DNA of 64,000 nt from Lepidodermella squamata (taxonomy: Eukaryota > Animalia > Gastrotricha), in NCBI GenBank assembly GCA_047495785.1, contig JBLDXI010000103.1, forward strand, positions 166,247 to 230,246, in the 5' to 3' direction. Of this stretch, positions 63,301 to 64,000 are shown one piece after another (the stretch's first letter is position 1; the number at the start of each line of letters is the position of its first letter). The position numbers were made by a program, and so were the translations under genes. A model generated the notes under the pieces. The model saw only the letters and a list, made by a program, of their open reading frames with translations, was not told where the DNA came from and did no database searches.

Positions 63301-64000
63301 TTAGAACGAATGAAAACTACACATCATTCGTAGCAAATTAATAAATTCTGTTTTATTGATCTTCCTAGTCCTAGATTGGCAGCCATTGTTTTCTTGCGTG
63401 CTAAAAACCGTATGCTTAGAACGCCCAGAATTCTGCATAACTTCTATTAGCTGATTACCTGTATAATTTATTGCATTTAAACGCATCATTCTTCTATGCG
63501 GAAACGAAGAGATTGATTTTGCGCATTTGGCAGACCCGCGGCTACACAACACATAGTGATATGGCTATATCGAAGCGAATCCCTGGGGACACTTCTTTGC
63601 ACAGCAGCTAGTGATGTTGCCAGGCACAGCGTATTCTGTTTTTAACCAAGTCAGCACGCGAGAGAGACGGGCTAAGAATACCCAGATCCCTAAATTTTAG
63701 GTTTCATAGCAGCATTTATCACAGAATACGAGTTCTACTTTTCTTCGTGAACCAATTTTAACCAGTGCTATTGTTACACATAGAAGTTCTTGATCCTTTA
63801 CCTGAGAGTTTAGCATTTGCTTTTGGTACGTGAAGTATCTCCGACCTCACGAATTCAGCCAAGGTCTGCGATAGATGATTTCAGTGACAAAGTTTCTTTA
63901 TTCTTGAAATTCAACTTAAAATTCAACCATAAAACCAAGATAATGATAAAATGTTATTTGGCGTTAGAAATCATATGATCTCTATGAAAAAAATCGAGAA

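Overview
Eukaryotic, intron-containing DNA from an invertebrate animal (GT-AG introns, many only ~50 bp; the taxon cannot be fixed from sequence alone). The first 16 kb is the 5'-truncated remainder of one giant polycystin-1-family gene (C-type lectin array, two discoidin domains, PAN, PKD repeats, REJ, GPS, PLAT, channel module). The rest is a cluster of secreted, surface and sensory genes. It holds two catalytically dead trypsin homologues followed by sushi domains, one spliced in frame to ankyrin repeats and one ending in a GPI-type tail. It also holds one active serine protease flanked by two Kunitz-like genes with identical cores, a protease pseudogene, two paralogues of an unrecognised two-cysteine secreted family, a DM9 lectin and a three-finger Ly6 protein. 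A four-copy array of divergent class A GPCRs (one intact) is interleaved with IRG-type GTPase sequence, followed by an ENPP and two Cys-loop channel subunits. Many small TIR elements are present, several with verifiable TSDs and some carrying small cargo ORFs. No rRNA, tRNA or CRISPR was found. All exon models were assembled by hand from splice signals and reading-frame phase, without database searches.
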